Below are positions 20,701 to 35,018 of a stretch of DNA of 64,000 nucleotides, in pieces. The notes under the pieces were generated by a model that was not told the origin of the DNA, ran no database searches, and saw only the letters and a list, made by a program, of their open reading frames with translations. Source of the stretch: Armatimonadota bacterium (GTDB taxonomy: Bacteria; Armatimonadota; SYMT01); contig JBKBRF010000002.1 of NCBI GenBank assembly GCA_046292385.1, positions 1 to 64,000 of the forward strand. Direction: 5' to 3'. How positions within the stretch are numbered: the first letter of the stretch is position 1; each line of letters opens with the position of its first letter. The position numbers and the translations under genes are program-made.

Positions 20701-21102
20701 GCGGAAGGAGTCGACTTCCCCTACCTCGGGATCCACCTGCGGACCCTCGCCGCGGAGCTGCAGCTCGCCAACGGGGCCGCCGCGGAGGCCGCAGACGCAG
20801 CCCGCAGCGCCCGGGAAGCCGCGCGAGAGCTGGGCTACCGCACCGGGGAGGGACTCGCCGGCCTCACCCTCGGCCGCGCGCTCCTGGTGAGCGGAGAGCC
20901 CGCCGCTGCCCGGGAAGCGCTCCGGGAGGCGCTGGAGCAGTTCGACGCCGGCGAAGAGCCGCTCGAGCGCGCCCGCACCCAGCTAGAGCTCGCCCGCGCC
21001 CACGCCGCGCTCGGTGAAGACGGCGCGGGGCTGGAGCAGGAAGCCGCCACCACGCTCCGCAGCCTCGGCGCCGAGCCGTGGCTCCGGCTGCCGGACGGTT
21101 GA
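17725..21102 (+). CDS. Double zinc ribbon - class III adenylate cyclase - STAND/AAA NTPase - TPR protein
   Basis: Four CxxC; FADLTGST, KTLGDG, YDVLGDAVNVAQRLE; GPAGIGKS, LLIDE; C-terminal helical repeats. Confidence 0.92.
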   Translation: MQQRGAMEPGGVGDVEERSLALPPAERRCGDCGAFLPGLWRFCGYCGVRLLRDCAGCGGLSPLDFRFCGHCGTPLGESAALPAPAPPGAASRSEERRRATILFADLTGSTALTEAIGTESAYRVVSRCLDGLGRLVTEAGGYVVKTLGDGLMALFGAPVAHGDDPQRAATAALRMQEWMETFATEVREQHGLPLRLRVGINYGSVVAAPLSAAGRAQYDVLGDAVNVAQRLEAAAEPGTVCASRSFYELTRGRFEFEDRGSARVKGKSEALRLYRLLRARPREAEPLPELPLVGRDAELEAIRAQLRRVQGGGRGLAVLEGPAGIGKSRLLDEVARELAELGVPALRASGEESSAPFALWRRWILEQTPVEPEMPAAAAAEALRSLLPEGDAAWAPWLAALAIDPGALASLEPEAREAVLREALHAFVRFRQAGGPAALLIDEAGALDGATLASLLRLSEAVPGLLLLLAARHASQLRAAEGSLPTTLRLGPLPADAAGALVERALPEVSLPPELRDAVLARAGGSPLLLDLTLRAARTAADPLEALRLVPDDAYGLVRAELDTLSPGERAAADAAAVLGRSFEEDWLAQLDPAMLAAVPRLEGRSVLVEQNPPPRRELAFRLGAVQEVLYEGLLSDTRRATHARAAAVLSARAEARPELAARAAWHWRAAEAWEPALRWTLRAAEQAASLFAQEEARALFGHAREIAHRLEHPREAARCELEIGNLEAHAARFPEAQARYAEAERALDGTGPEAELPLARVLLARARLLARTGETAAAVPHLDRALALLQACDDPEVRRERVHALVERAHECSELGELDTAQAAARDALQEAEASGWGPEEVAARSALGRICTLQGAWPAAERELSSAARLSEELSDWPGASACWTNLGAALKSSGRWDEAARALDRAHELAERTGEREKAAIIRLNLGTLHLSRGDWPQAETAFREALARFREMGHGLGTAAALFNLAECCYWSGASARAAALLPEAETAAEGVDFPYLGIHLRTLAAELQLANGAAAEAADAARSAREAARELGYRTGEGLAGLTLGRALLVSGEPAAAREALREALEQFDAGEEPLERARTQLELARAHAALGEDGAGLEQEAATTLRSLGAEPWLRLPDG

Positions 21103-21117
21103 AACCGCGGCAACCAC

Positions 21118-21165
21118 GGCACGAAGTTTTATCCCCCGCACGGGGGACCGCCTCCGCGGACTAAG
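21118..21165. repeat. Degenerate REP-like palindrome
   Basis: ACGAAG...CCGCCTCCGCGGACT resembles CGAAGCCCGCCTGCGCGGGCT near 52598; between convergent genes. Confidence 0.4.
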
Positions 21166-21328
21166 AAGGCCTGGTTTGGGCGTCCGGAGGACGCGTGGCC
21201 GCAGGCCGTCCAGCGAGGTATTTCAATGCCTCGCGGCCCACCGATGCTCCGCCTGGTTGTCCGGTTACCTGACAAGCTCCCGGCACTCCGTCGCGGCCCC
21301 GCGGACGCTCCACCGCACTATCCGGCCC

Positions 21329-22060
21329 CTACTTCCGCGTGCCCAGCGCCAGGCCGGCGCCGATGCCGAAGCGGGGCTCGTCGCTCAGGCCGTTGTTCGC
21401 CCACGAGATCGCCAGGTGCCAGCTCCGGGAGGCGCGATAGGACAGCGTGAGTGCCAGCGGGGTGCCGAACTCCGCGTTCATTCGGGGCCGGCCTTCGGCG
21501 ATGAAGGTAAGCCGGCTGGAGATCCCCAGCTCGAACCCGGCGAACGGCTGGAACTCGTGGCGGGAGAGGCCGTCGAGCTCGTCCACGTACTGCACGCCCG
21601 CGTGCAGCGTCAGCGGCATCCGACCCGCGCGCCCCACGCTCTTCTTCGCCGCCAGGAAGCCGAGCCGCGCGTTCACGTCGCCGCCGCCGAGCTGCGTGAA
21701 GCCGACCGCCAGCGCGGGCCGGCCGCCAGTCTCCTCCTGCAGCAGGTACTTGAGCGAGCCGCCCAGCGAGGCGTCGCGTTGCCACCCCGCGACCTTCAGG
21801 TAGGTGGCGGTCAGCTCCAGGCGGGGCGTGAGGCCGTAGTCGAGGCTCCCGGAGATCCAGGTGCGGGTGGAGCGCGCCGCGGGATTGTGCTGGGGGAGCA
21901 CCAGGATCGCCGGCGTGAGTTGACCCTCCGGCGGCGGCTGCGCGGCCGGATGCAGGAACAACCCGCCGGGGCCGTAGAGGCTCTGGGCGGAGGCAGGGCC
22001 GGCGCCGCCCGCCAGAAGCAGCCCTCCCGAGAGTAGTCCCACCAACCAGGCTCGTCGCAT
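21329..22060 (-). CDS. Outer-membrane beta-barrel protein (YjbH-like)
   Basis: Signal peptide, SLYGPGGLFLHPAA, alternating beta-strands, LKYLLQEE..PALAVG. Confidence 0.65.
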   Translation of the reverse strand: MRRAWLVGLLSGGLLLAGGAGPASAQSLYGPGGLFLHPAAQPPPEGQLTPAILVLPQHNPAARSTRTWISGSLDYGLTPRLELTATYLKVAGWQRDASLGGSLKYLLQEETGGRPALAVGFTQLGGGDVNARLGFLAAKKSVGRAGRMPLTLHAGVQYVDELDGLSRHEFQPFAGFELGISSRLTFIAEGRPRMNAEFGTPLALTLSYRASRSWHLAISWANNGLSDEPRFGIGAGLALGTRK

Positions 22061-22243
22061 CGCGGGGCTCCCTTCTCCACGCAGCCTGCCCGGTTTCAGT
22101 CCGAAGCAGCACCCACCTGACTCTGTGTATCGCGTCTCACCGGAAGCAGCAAGGCTACCTGGAGGGCCGCACGGCACGCGGATGGCGTATCATCTCCGCG
22201 GCTCCGGTTCTCTCCTCTCTCCTCTTCCATCTCGGAACTTGCC

Positions 22244-22993
22244 ATGACTCCTCATCCCGAAGGCGACTACCTCTTCCTGGCCGGCAGCGCGCCCTACTCC
22301 AGCGGCGTCCGCGCGGCACCCGGCTTCGAGATCGTCCACGCGACGCTGGCCCAGGCGCTGCCGTGGCGGGACGGCTTCGAGCGGATCGACACCCTGCTGC
22401 GCGAGGCGGCCCGACCGCGGGCGGCGCTCTGCGGGGTGGAGCTGCGGAGCCCGGCGCCGTTCACGCGGGAAGGGTTCCTCCAGTTCAACGCCGGCTACCG
22501 CGCCCTGCTCTCGGAGTGGGGGCTGCTGGTCGGCGACCAGAACCCGGTCGCGCGCACCAACGTGGCGCCGGCCTGGAACCCGCCGTCGGAGCCGGTGCTG
22601 CACGCCTTCTCCTACACGGTGCCGGCGGAGACCGGTCCGGGCGGCGAGACGTTCGTCGTGGCGGGCGGCGGCGACATGCGCGGCGGGCCGCTCCTGGAGG
22701 CCGCCGTCATCCGGGAGGGGGAGACTTCCGAGGAGGCGCTGCGGGAGAAAGCGGCCTACGTGCTCCGCGCCATGGAGAAGCGGCTGACCGGCCTGGGCCG
22801 CGACTGGTCCTACGTGACGATGGTCGACGTCTACACGGTGCAGCCGATGGACGCCGTCCTCGGACCCGAGCTGCTCGACCGGATCGGACCCGCCACCCGC
22901 CACGGCCTCCGCTGGTACCACACCCGCCCCCCGATCGAAGGCCTGGCGTTCGAGATGGACCTGCGCGGCGTGCGGGTGGAGCTGGTGGTGTAG
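22244..22993 (+). CDS. CnbZ-like (2-amino-5-chloromuconate deaminase family / RidA-like) protein
   Basis: PYSSGV, ALCGVELRSPAPF, NPVARTNVAP, HAFSYTVP, TFVVAG, RPPIEGLAFEMD. Confidence 0.75.
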   Translation: MTPHPEGDYLFLAGSAPYSSGVRAAPGFEIVHATLAQALPWRDGFERIDTLLREAARPRAALCGVELRSPAPFTREGFLQFNAGYRALLSEWGLLVGDQNPVARTNVAPAWNPPSEPVLHAFSYTVPAETGPGGETFVVAGGGDMRGGPLLEAAVIREGETSEEALREKAAYVLRAMEKRLTGLGRDWSYVTMVDVYTVQPMDAVLGPELLDRIGPATRHGLRWYHTRPPIEGLAFEMDLRGVRVELVV

Positions 22994-22998
22994 GGCTC

Positions 22999-23370
22999 CC
23001 GAACGGGGATTTCACCACAGAGCACACGGAGCGCACAGAGGGGGCACAGAGAGGGGAACGGAGTTCTGGGCCTGGTCCGCTTTCCGAGTCGCTGCTGCGG
23101 CCCCGGTCCGAACCTGACTCACCGCAGAGGACGCGGAGAGCGCAGAGGGACGCAGAGGGAGACCAGAGAGGTTTGGACCTGCCGCGCCTCTCGAGTCCCA
23201 TACAGCGACCCCGGAGTTTCTCCTTCTGGTTCCCCTCTCTGCGTCCTTTGCGCTCTCCGCGGTAAGTCCGGTTCGGTTCCTCTCTGCGTCCTTATGCGCT
23301 CTCTGCGGTGAATCCCCCTTCAGTTCCTCTCGGTGCGCTCTGTGTGCTCTGCGGTGAAATCCCGGTTCGG
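22999..23370. repeat. Composite nested inverted-repeat element with 9-nt periodic arms (copy B)
   Basis: Outer arms CGAACGGGGATTTCACCACAGAGCACAC.. / ..TGTGTGCTCTGCGGTGAAATCCCGGTTCGG; inner arms at 23108 and 23237-23276; homologous to 1328-1642. Confidence 0.88.
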
Positions 23371-23440
23371 ATCACCGCCGGGGAGGGACCGCGTAGGCCG
23401 GGCGGCAATCTTCTCTCGTGCGGAGTCGCAGGGGAGACGC

Positions 23441-26593
<3,153 letters not shown>

Positions 26594-26600
26594 GGAAGCG

Positions 26601-28043
<1,443 letters not shown>

Positions 28044-28107
28044 TCGGAGCGGGGTGGACCGGTGGCTCGCGCCAGGGCGGTCCACCCCGCTCTCCGCGCA
28101 TCCCCAG

Positions 28108-29343
28108 CTAGCGTGCGGGCCGGCGTGTGCGGACCCGCTCGCTCTGCCGGCTCCCGAGCACCCGCTCGGTCGGTCGGGCCGTGGGCGTGCGGGTGGTCTG
28201 TGTTCCGAACGACTGCCGCAGGCGCTGCGCCGCGAGATCTTGCGCCTGGTCGGCCTGATCCAGGACGGCCGACATCCCGAAGAACTCGTGGGTCACGCCG
28301 GGGTACGTCCGCTGCTGCACGGAGACCCCCGCCGAGCGCATCCGCTGGGCCAGCTCCTCTCCGTCGGAGCGGAGCGGGTCGATCTCCGCGTTCAGGATCG
28401 TCGTGGTCGGGAGCCGGTTCAGGTCCGCGTCCACCAGCGAGATCCAGGGGTTCTGCGCGTCGTCGGTCTCCTCCAGGTACTGGTCGAAGAACCACTGCAT
28501 CATCGGCCGGTTGAGCGGCCTGGCCTCGGCATACTCGTCGTAAGACGCCGATTCGGTATCGCCATCCGCAATCGGATAGACAGCGAGGATGTGGATCGGG
28601 GGCCGGACACCCTGCTCACGCGCCCTCAGCGCAACCGCGACGGCGAGGTTACCGCCGGCGCTTTCCCCGGCCACCGCGATCCGGTTCGGATCCGCGCCCA
28701 GCTCGTCGGCGTTCTCCGTGATCCACTGGTACGCGGCGAAGGAGTCTTCGTGCGCGGTTGGGAAGCGGTGCTCCGGCGCCTGCCGGTAGGCGACGGAGAC
28801 CACCATCGCCCCTGTCTTCTCCGCCAGCGCCCGCGCGGAGGGCTCATAGGTCCCCAGGTTCGCGATCGCCCACCCGCCGCCGTGGTAGTAGACGATGACC
28901 GGGAGCGGCTCCGCTGCCCCTCGCGGAGTGTAGGTGCGCACCAGCATCCCATCCTCCGGCCCTACCGGCAGCACGCGATGGCCGATCTCCACCGTCGAGG
29001 GCATCGGTGGATGCCCAGTCTTCATCAGCAGCGCGTCGACGGCGTCCGTCGCCGTGGGGGTCTCACGCGCCTGGACCGCCGTAAGCTCGGTAAGAGGCGG
29101 GGCGTGGAAAGCCTCGAGCTGTTCCACCACCGCCTGCATCTGCGGATCGATCGTCGGCGCCCACTCCGGTCTGGGCCCCGTCGGCTGGATCTGCACTGGA
29201 CTGGGGTTCCGGCGCGGTGCGCCATTCCTCTGCGCCGCGGCGGGACGCGTGTACCCCAGGGCCAGAAGCGTCAGGGTTGCAGCGCCGATCAGGAAGGCGC
29301 CGCGCACGAGCTGCGAGCGTTTGAGTAGGAATGCGGTGTCCAT
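28108..29343 (-). CDS. Secreted alpha/beta hydrolase (HSL-family esterase/lipase)
   Basis: YYHGGGW, GESAGG, IDPL, GVTHEF; GGAGGAG RBS before ATG 29343. Confidence 0.92.
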   Translation of the reverse strand: MDTAFLLKRSQLVRGAFLIGAATLTLLALGYTRPAAAQRNGAPRRNPSPVQIQPTGPRPEWAPTIDPQMQAVVEQLEAFHAPPLTELTAVQARETPTATDAVDALLMKTGHPPMPSTVEIGHRVLPVGPEDGMLVRTYTPRGAAEPLPVIVYYHGGGWAIANLGTYEPSARALAEKTGAMVVSVAYRQAPEHRFPTAHEDSFAAYQWITENADELGADPNRIAVAGESAGGNLAVAVALRAREQGVRPPIHILAVYPIADGDTESASYDEYAEARPLNRPMMQWFFDQYLEETDDAQNPWISLVDADLNRLPTTTILNAEIDPLRSDGEELAQRMRSAGVSVQQRTYPGVTHEFFGMSAVLDQADQAQDLAAQRLRQSFGTQTTRTPTARPTERVLGSRQSERVRTRRPAR

Positions 29344-29795
29344 CTGTCTCCTCCGGATCGCTGCCTCCCCGGTGAGAGCCGGCTCCGTTCTCCCGCACCC
29401 AACGGGGAGCCTTCGATACGACCGCGGTACCACGAGAACAGCTGGCAGACGCAGCGAGCGGAGCAGGCTGGGTTCCGCGCCATCACGCCCCTGCACCGGC
29501 TTCTGCCTCCTGCCACCCCCCTTTGCCCGGCCCACCATGGACCGAAACCTGGCACCTTTCCGCATTTTTCGCCCACCGCCGAGGCCGCGACTTCCGCCCC
29601 GCGGACGTGCACGGACAGGTGCTGATGAAGCCTCTCGCCGGTCGCGCGAGTTTCTCTGGTTCCGCCGGAGGCGAGCCGGGTAGCCTCGGGGATGGAGCCT
29701 CAATAGGGCTTGCCGTTCGACTGTCCGGTGCACCACGCGGCCCTGGAGTGAGGGCCCCGCTGGCGCGCCGCAGTTCTACCCGAGGAGGAACTCAG

Positions 29796-30836
29796 ATGAT
29801 GCTGCGTCGCCTGTCCATCTACACGCTCCTGGGGCTCGGGATCGGAGTTTTCGTCCCCACGGCCGCCGAGGCTGCTCCCGTAGTGGTGCGGGGCTCGGGA
29901 GACATTACCGCCGCCGTGACGGCCTTCCGCGCGGCGCTCGGGAACCCCGCGAACGGAGCGACGCCGGGAGAGCAGCCGAGCGGGCGCCGGGAGATCAACT
30001 GGGATGCTGTTCCGGCCGACGTGACGAACACCAACACCTTTCCCGCGGCGTTCTTTAACACGACCTCGACTCGCGGAGCCGTGTTCAGTCCGGCCAACGG
30101 CTTCCGGGTGAGCGACGTCAACTTCGCCGACATCAACCCGACCTACGAGGCGCAGTTCAACACGTTCAGCGCGCCCAAGAGCTTTATGGTCGTCGGGAGC
30201 AACACCTTCGACGTGGAGTTCCAGGTCGCCGGCGAGACCACGCCCGCGGCCGTCAACGGCTTCGGAGTCGTCTTCTCGGACGTGGACCGGCGCGGCTCGG
30301 CGCGCCTCGAGTTCTTTCAGGGACCGATCAGCCTCGGGGTTTTCTCGGCGCCGAGACGGAGTGACGCGAATGGGCTCTCCTTCGTGGGGGTTACCTTTTC
30401 GGAGGGGGAGCGGGTCACCCGGGTGCGCGTCACTTCCGGGGATGCGCCGCTCGCCGCGGGCCGAAACGACGTCTCCGCCGGAGGCAACCAGGACCTCGTG
30501 GTGATGGACGACTTCCTCTACGGGGAGCCGCGCGCCGACTCGGACCGCGACGGAGTGCTGGATGAGGACGACGAGCGGCCCAACTCCGATACGCGTGCCA
30601 AGGTCGACGTGAACGGGGAAGCCGTGGGCCAGACCTCGCTGGACAACCGGGTGCGATCGGACGGCTTCACGATCCAGGACCTGATCGAGGACGTGGCCAA
30701 CAACTCGCAGAACCGGCGGCAGTTCATCCGTCGGCTCCAGCGGCTGGTGAACGAACTTCGGAAGGATCGGCTGATCACGCGCGCGGAGGGCAGCGCCCTC
30801 GTCCGGGCGGGTCAGCGCCGATCGTTCAACCTGTAA
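29796..30836 (+). CDS. Secreted protein with C-terminal Ca-binding (TSP3-like) motif and helical tail
   Basis: GAGGAGG RBS, signal peptide, RREINWDAVP / FGVVFSDVD / VMDDFLYGEP core, DSDRDGVLDEDD. Confidence 0.75.
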   Translation: MMLRRLSIYTLLGLGIGVFVPTAAEAAPVVVRGSGDITAAVTAFRAALGNPANGATPGEQPSGRREINWDAVPADVTNTNTFPAAFFNTTSTRGAVFSPANGFRVSDVNFADINPTYEAQFNTFSAPKSFMVVGSNTFDVEFQVAGETTPAAVNGFGVVFSDVDRRGSARLEFFQGPISLGVFSAPRRSDANGLSFVGVTFSEGERVTRVRVTSGDAPLAAGRNDVSAGGNQDLVVMDDFLYGEPRADSDRDGVLDEDDERPNSDTRAKVDVNGEAVGQTSLDNRVRSDGFTIQDLIEDVANNSQNRRQFIRRLQRLVNELRKDRLITRAEGSALVRAGQRRSFNL

Positions 30837-30955
30837 GGGCTGGGGGGCGACCCTCTCGCGGTGGCGGGCGTTGCGCCGGGTCTCGGAGCGTGCTAAACTG
30901 CTCTCTCCCTTTCCCGGCGGATGCCCGCCACTGCTGGTACTCAGGGTCGGCCGCA

Positions 30956-31486
30956 ATGATCCAGGCAGCACTCACCCAGACTCCCACCTCGCTGGTCCGG
31001 CGCGCGCGCGTGGCGGACGCGGAGGCGATTCAGCGTCTCATCACGCAGTTCGCGGATCGGGACGAGATGCTGCACCGTTCCCTCGGCGAGATCTACGAGA
31101 ACATCCGCGACTTCTACGTGGCGGAGAACGAGAAGGGGAGCGTCGTCGCCTGCGGCGGGCTGCACGTCTGCTGGAAGCACCTGGCGGAGATCAAGAGCCT
31201 GGCGGTCGACGAGGCGTGCCAGGGGCAGGGCTACGGCAAGCGGATCGTGCAGGCGTGCCTGGACGAGGGCCGCGAGCTGGGCCTGCAGACCGTCTTCGCG
31301 CTCACCTACAAGCCGGAGTTCTTCACCCGGATCGGCTTCCGGATCGTCGACAAGTCGGCGCTCCCGCACAAGGTCTGGAACGAGTGCATCCGCTGCCCCA
31401 AGTTCCCCGCCTGCGGCGAGATCGCCGTCGTCTACGACGTCGCCCGCCAGGCACCCCCGCCGGTGGCGCTCACGGTCCTCGGGTAA
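30956..31486 (+). CDS. argA: Short GNAT-type N-acetylglutamate synthase
   Basis: RSLGEIYENIRDFYV, LAEIKSLAV, VFALTYKPEFF, LPHKVWNECIRCPKFPAC. Confidence 0.85.
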   Translation: MIQAALTQTPTSLVRRARVADAEAIQRLITQFADRDEMLHRSLGEIYENIRDFYVAENEKGSVVACGGLHVCWKHLAEIKSLAVDEACQGQGYGKRIVQACLDEGRELGLQTVFALTYKPEFFTRIGFRIVDKSALPHKVWNECIRCPKFPACGEIAVVYDVARQAPPPVALTVLG

Positions 31487-31550
31487 GCCCTCGGTCCGCT
31501 GCGCCCGCCTTTCTGGCGAGTTGGGCGTGGGCGCGTGGGCGGGGACCGAT

Positions 31551-31647
31551 TCGCCCTGGAAGGGCGGAAGAGGATAGCCGGGGGTAAGCGCAGCGCAGCC
31601 CCCGGACTCGGAGCGAGTCGAGGCTCCGCCCTGGAGGGGCGGGAGAA
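31551..31647 (+). repeat. REP/REPIN-like ~97 bp element (copy 1)
   Basis: TCGCCCTGGAAGGGCG..TAGCCGGGGGTAAGCGCAGCGCAGCCCCCGG..CCGCCCTGGAGGGGCGGGAGAA; reverse-complement copy at 46753-46850. Confidence 0.85.
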
Positions 31648-31842
31648 CTCCACGTGTCCGGGAGACGAGGCGGTGCGGAGTCAACTCCGCGGGTAGGTTC
31701 CGCCGGCAGTCAACTGCCGGCGATCTAAGCACGGCGGGGCTGGCGCCCCGGCGGGGCGGCGGAACCCCGCTGCCGACCCCAGCACTCACCCCCGGCTGGG
31801 TGGCTCCAGCTCACGAGAACGTGCCAGAGCCCAGGGGTCGCC

Positions 31843-31930
31843 AGCGAGCAAGAGTAGGAGCAGGACCTCCCGTGCGCGGAAGGTTCGGATCTCCCACTCT
31901 CCCTTGCTCCCACTCGCCCACTCAGTCCCC
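31843..31930. repeat. Composite repeat related to 56268-56474
   Basis: GAGTAGGAG hexamers, GGTTCGG, then CCCACTCTCCCTTGC..CAGTCCCC matching 56438-56474. Confidence 0.7.
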
Positions 31931-34689
31931 TACTGCGCCCCCGGCCCGGCAATGACGCGCACCGCCTGGCCCGGCTTCAGGTGCTCCTGCGCGGCGCGGT
32001 TGACCTGCTCCACCGTTACCGACCGGTAGAGCTCCCCGAACCGGTCCAGGTAGTCCGGTCCCAGGTCGTAGAACTCCATCCGCCAGAGCGCGTCGGCCAG
32101 GCCGTTGTTGGTGGCGAGAGAGACCGGGTAGCTGCCGGTGATGTAGGCGACCGCCTCCTCCACTTCCCGCTGGGTGACGCCCTGCTCCCGGATGCGGGCG
32201 ATCTCCTTCTCCAGCCCTTCCAGCGCCCGGCTCGCGTTGGCGGGGTTGGTGCCAAGCGCGGCGAGCACCGGACCGGAGTAGAGGTCCGCGTCGTAGAAGC
32301 TGTAGACGTCGTACACCAGGCCCTGCTCGTCCCGGATCGTGTTGCCGAGCCGGCTGTTGAGCGCCCCGCCGCCGCCCAGGATCATGTTCATCACCTGGGT
32401 GGCGTAGAAGTCCGGATCGCTGCGGCGCAGGCCGCCGGCGTGACCCCACACGACGGAGGTCTCGCTCTTATCCGGCACCGGGATGGTGATCCGGTCGGCG
32501 CGGGCGGCTGCCGGGAGGTCGACGTTCGGGATCGCCCGCGCGGAGGCGTTGCGAGCCCAGTCGCCCAGCCGCAGCCGGAGCTGCTCCCGCACCTGGTCCG
32601 CCGTCACGTTGCCGACCACCACCAGGATCATCCGGTCCGGCCCGTACTGCTGCCGGTAGAAGTTGACGACGTCGTCACGGGTGATCGACCGCACCTGGCG
32701 CGCCGCTTCCTCCAGCGTCTCCGGCCGGAGCGGGTGGCCCTCCGGGTAGACGGCGCGGCGGAAGGCGCGCATCGCCAGCGAGCTGGGGTCGTCCGCTTCC
32801 TGCGAGAGACCGGCCAGGATCTGGCTCTTCAGCCGCTCGATCTCCTCCTCGCGGAAGGTCGGCTCCCGGAGCATGTCGCCCAGCAGGTCCATCAGCAGGT
32901 TGAAGTGCTGGCTCTGCGCCTGGCCGCCCAGGTTCACCGCCAGGTTGCCGCTGCTGGCAGTCAGGCTGGCGCCCACGTTCTCCAGCGACGTGGCGAAGTC
33001 AAGCGGCGGGCGGTCTTCCGTCCCGCGGGTCAGCAGCGCCGCGGTGATGCCCGCCAGGCCCGCCTTCCCCTTCGGCTCGAAGACCCGGCCCGCCGGCAGG
33101 CTGCCGCGCAGCGCGAAGGTGGGGCTGCTGGTGTTGTTCTGGACCACCACTTCGATGCCGTTGTCCAGCTTGAAGCGGTCGACTTTCCGCGCGACCGCGG
33201 TGCTCTTCGACGGCTTCGGCAGCGGGATCGGCCGGTCGCCGCGTCCCGGCTTGTCGACGCGCGCGGAGCTCTCCGGCACGCGCGGCGCGGGCGGCTCCTC
33301 GCCGGCGCTCTCCGCCGGGATGAAGTGGCCCACCGTCTGCGTGTCCCGCACGAAGTACTTCTGCGCCACCCGCTGGAGATCGGCCGGGGTGAGGGCGCGG
33401 ATGCGGTCGAGGTAGGTGGTGAGGTACTTCCAGTCGACCGCCATCTGCCAGTAGCCGATCAGGTCGGCCAGCTCGGCCACGCTGTCGCTGCGGAAGACGA
33501 AGTCGGCCTCCAGCTTGGTCTTGGCGCGCTGCAGCTCCTGCGCCGTGACCGGCTCGTTCTTCACCCGCTCGATCTGCTCCAACAGAGCGGTCTCCAGCTT
33601 CTCCGCGGAGACGCCCGGCGCGGCCATCGCGTTGAACATAAAGAGGAACGGGTCCTTGAGGCTCGGGGCGCCGGCGCTGACGTCGGTGGCGAGCTGCGTC
33701 TCCACCAGCCCCTGGTAGAGCCGGCTGGTGCGGCCGTCGCCCAGGATCGTGCCGAGCGCGTCGAGCGCGTAGAAGTCCGGGTCCTTCGCCGCGGGGGTGC
33801 GATAGCCAATCATCGCCATCGGCAGGCTGCCGGCGCGGCGCACCGTCACCCGGCGCTCGCCCCGCTGCGGCGGCTCCTGCGTGTAGACCGGCGGCGGAGT
33901 GGGGATCGGCTTCAGCTTCCCGAAGTGCTTCCGCACCAGCTCCAGCGCCTCGTCGGTATCGAAGTCGCCGACCATCACGATCGTGGCGTTATTCGGGCCG
34001 TAGTAGCGCTTGTAGTAGTCGTAGATCTGGTCCCGGGAAACGTTCTCCACGTCGCTCCGGTAGCCGATGATCGGCCAGTGGTAGGGGTGCGCCGTGTAGG
34101 CGGTGGCCACCACCGCGTTGCGGAGCAGCTCGGACGGGTCGTTCTCCCCGCCCTCCAGCTCGCTGCGCACCACCGACATCTCGGAGTCGAGGTCGGCCTT
34201 GTCGATGCGGCTGTTGACCATCCGGTCCGCCTCGATCTGCATCGCCAGCTCGAGCCGGTCGGAGGCGAGCGTCTCCCAGTAGTTGGTCCAGTCGAAGTAG
34301 GTGCCGGCGTTGTAGTCGGCTCCGTTCACGAAGAGTGAGCGGGAGATCTCGCCCAGGCGGTACTTCTTCGTCCCCTTGAAGAGCAGGTGCTCCAGCAGAT
34401 GCGAGACCCCGGTGATGCCGGTGTGCTCGTTCCGGGAGCCGACCGCGTACCAGACGGAGAAGTGGGCCACCGGCGCGGTGCGCACCTCTTTGGTGAGCAC
34501 TCGCAGCCCGTTCGGGAGCACCGTCTCGCGGATGTCCCGGGTGATCGCCGCGGCCGGCGAAGCCGCCGCCTCCTGGGCCTGCGCCGCGCCCACCCCCGCG
34601 CCGCCCGCCAGCAGGGCGAGCATCGCCGAGAGCATCAGGCACGGCAGCCAGCGGAGCCTGGATCCGGATTTATGCATGGGCTTGTTCAT
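31930..34689 (-). CDS. M16 family zinc peptidase (insulinase/PqqL-like), secreted
   Basis: HLLEHLLFKGT (HxxEH), two LPNG/LDNG halves, IRDEQGLVY; signal peptide. Confidence 0.93.
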   Translation of the reverse strand: MNKPMHKSGSRLRWLPCLMLSAMLALLAGGAGVGAAQAQEAAASPAAAITRDIRETVLPNGLRVLTKEVRTAPVAHFSVWYAVGSRNEHTGITGVSHLLEHLLFKGTKKYRLGEISRSLFVNGADYNAGTYFDWTNYWETLASDRLELAMQIEADRMVNSRIDKADLDSEMSVVRSELEGGENDPSELLRNAVVATAYTAHPYHWPIIGYRSDVENVSRDQIYDYYKRYYGPNNATIVMVGDFDTDEALELVRKHFGKLKPIPTPPPVYTQEPPQRGERRVTVRRAGSLPMAMIGYRTPAAKDPDFYALDALGTILGDGRTSRLYQGLVETQLATDVSAGAPSLKDPFLFMFNAMAAPGVSAEKLETALLEQIERVKNEPVTAQELQRAKTKLEADFVFRSDSVAELADLIGYWQMAVDWKYLTTYLDRIRALTPADLQRVAQKYFVRDTQTVGHFIPAESAGEEPPAPRVPESSARVDKPGRGDRPIPLPKPSKSTAVARKVDRFKLDNGIEVVVQNNTSSPTFALRGSLPAGRVFEPKGKAGLAGITAALLTRGTEDRPPLDFATSLENVGASLTASSGNLAVNLGGQAQSQHFNLLMDLLGDMLREPTFREEEIERLKSQILAGLSQEADDPSSLAMRAFRRAVYPEGHPLRPETLEEAARQVRSITRDDVVNFYRQQYGPDRMILVVVGNVTADQVREQLRLRLGDWARNASARAIPNVDLPAAARADRITIPVPDKSETSVVWGHAGGLRRSDPDFYATQVMNMILGGGGALNSRLGNTIRDEQGLVYDVYSFYDADLYSGPVLAALGTNPANASRALEGLEKEIARIREQGVTQREVEEAVAYITGSYPVSLATNNGLADALWRMEFYDLGPDYLDRFGELYRSVTVEQVNRAAQEHLKPGQAVRVIAGPGAQ

Positions 34690-34708
34690 CTTGAATAGGG
34701 CTTCTTTA

Positions 34709-34748
34709 GACACAGGGGGACACAGATTTCGACACAGAGCGGACACAG
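34709..34748. repeat. GACACAG x4 short periodic repeat
   Basis: Copies at 34709, 34719, 34731 and 34742, just upstream of the M16 peptidase start. Confidence 0.7.
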
Positions 34749-35018
34749 TGGCAGCCTCGCCGGTACCGGGTAACCCTCCACGCAAAGGACGCAGACCCTT
34801 CGGTCTGGCCTGTGGAGTGCGGTGGCTTACCACTGCTTCCCGCAGCGCGGGAATGTGGTCCCCGCACGACAGAGTCTCCTCGCAAGGGACAATCAGTTCC
34901 GTGCGGCAGCCGTTTATGTCGGATTACAGCTCCCCCGTGCCGCGGCTCAGTATACCGGATCACTTCCGCCGCCGTCGTTGACCCGGAACTAACTGAACGG
35001 GGTGGAGCAACCAAGCTG

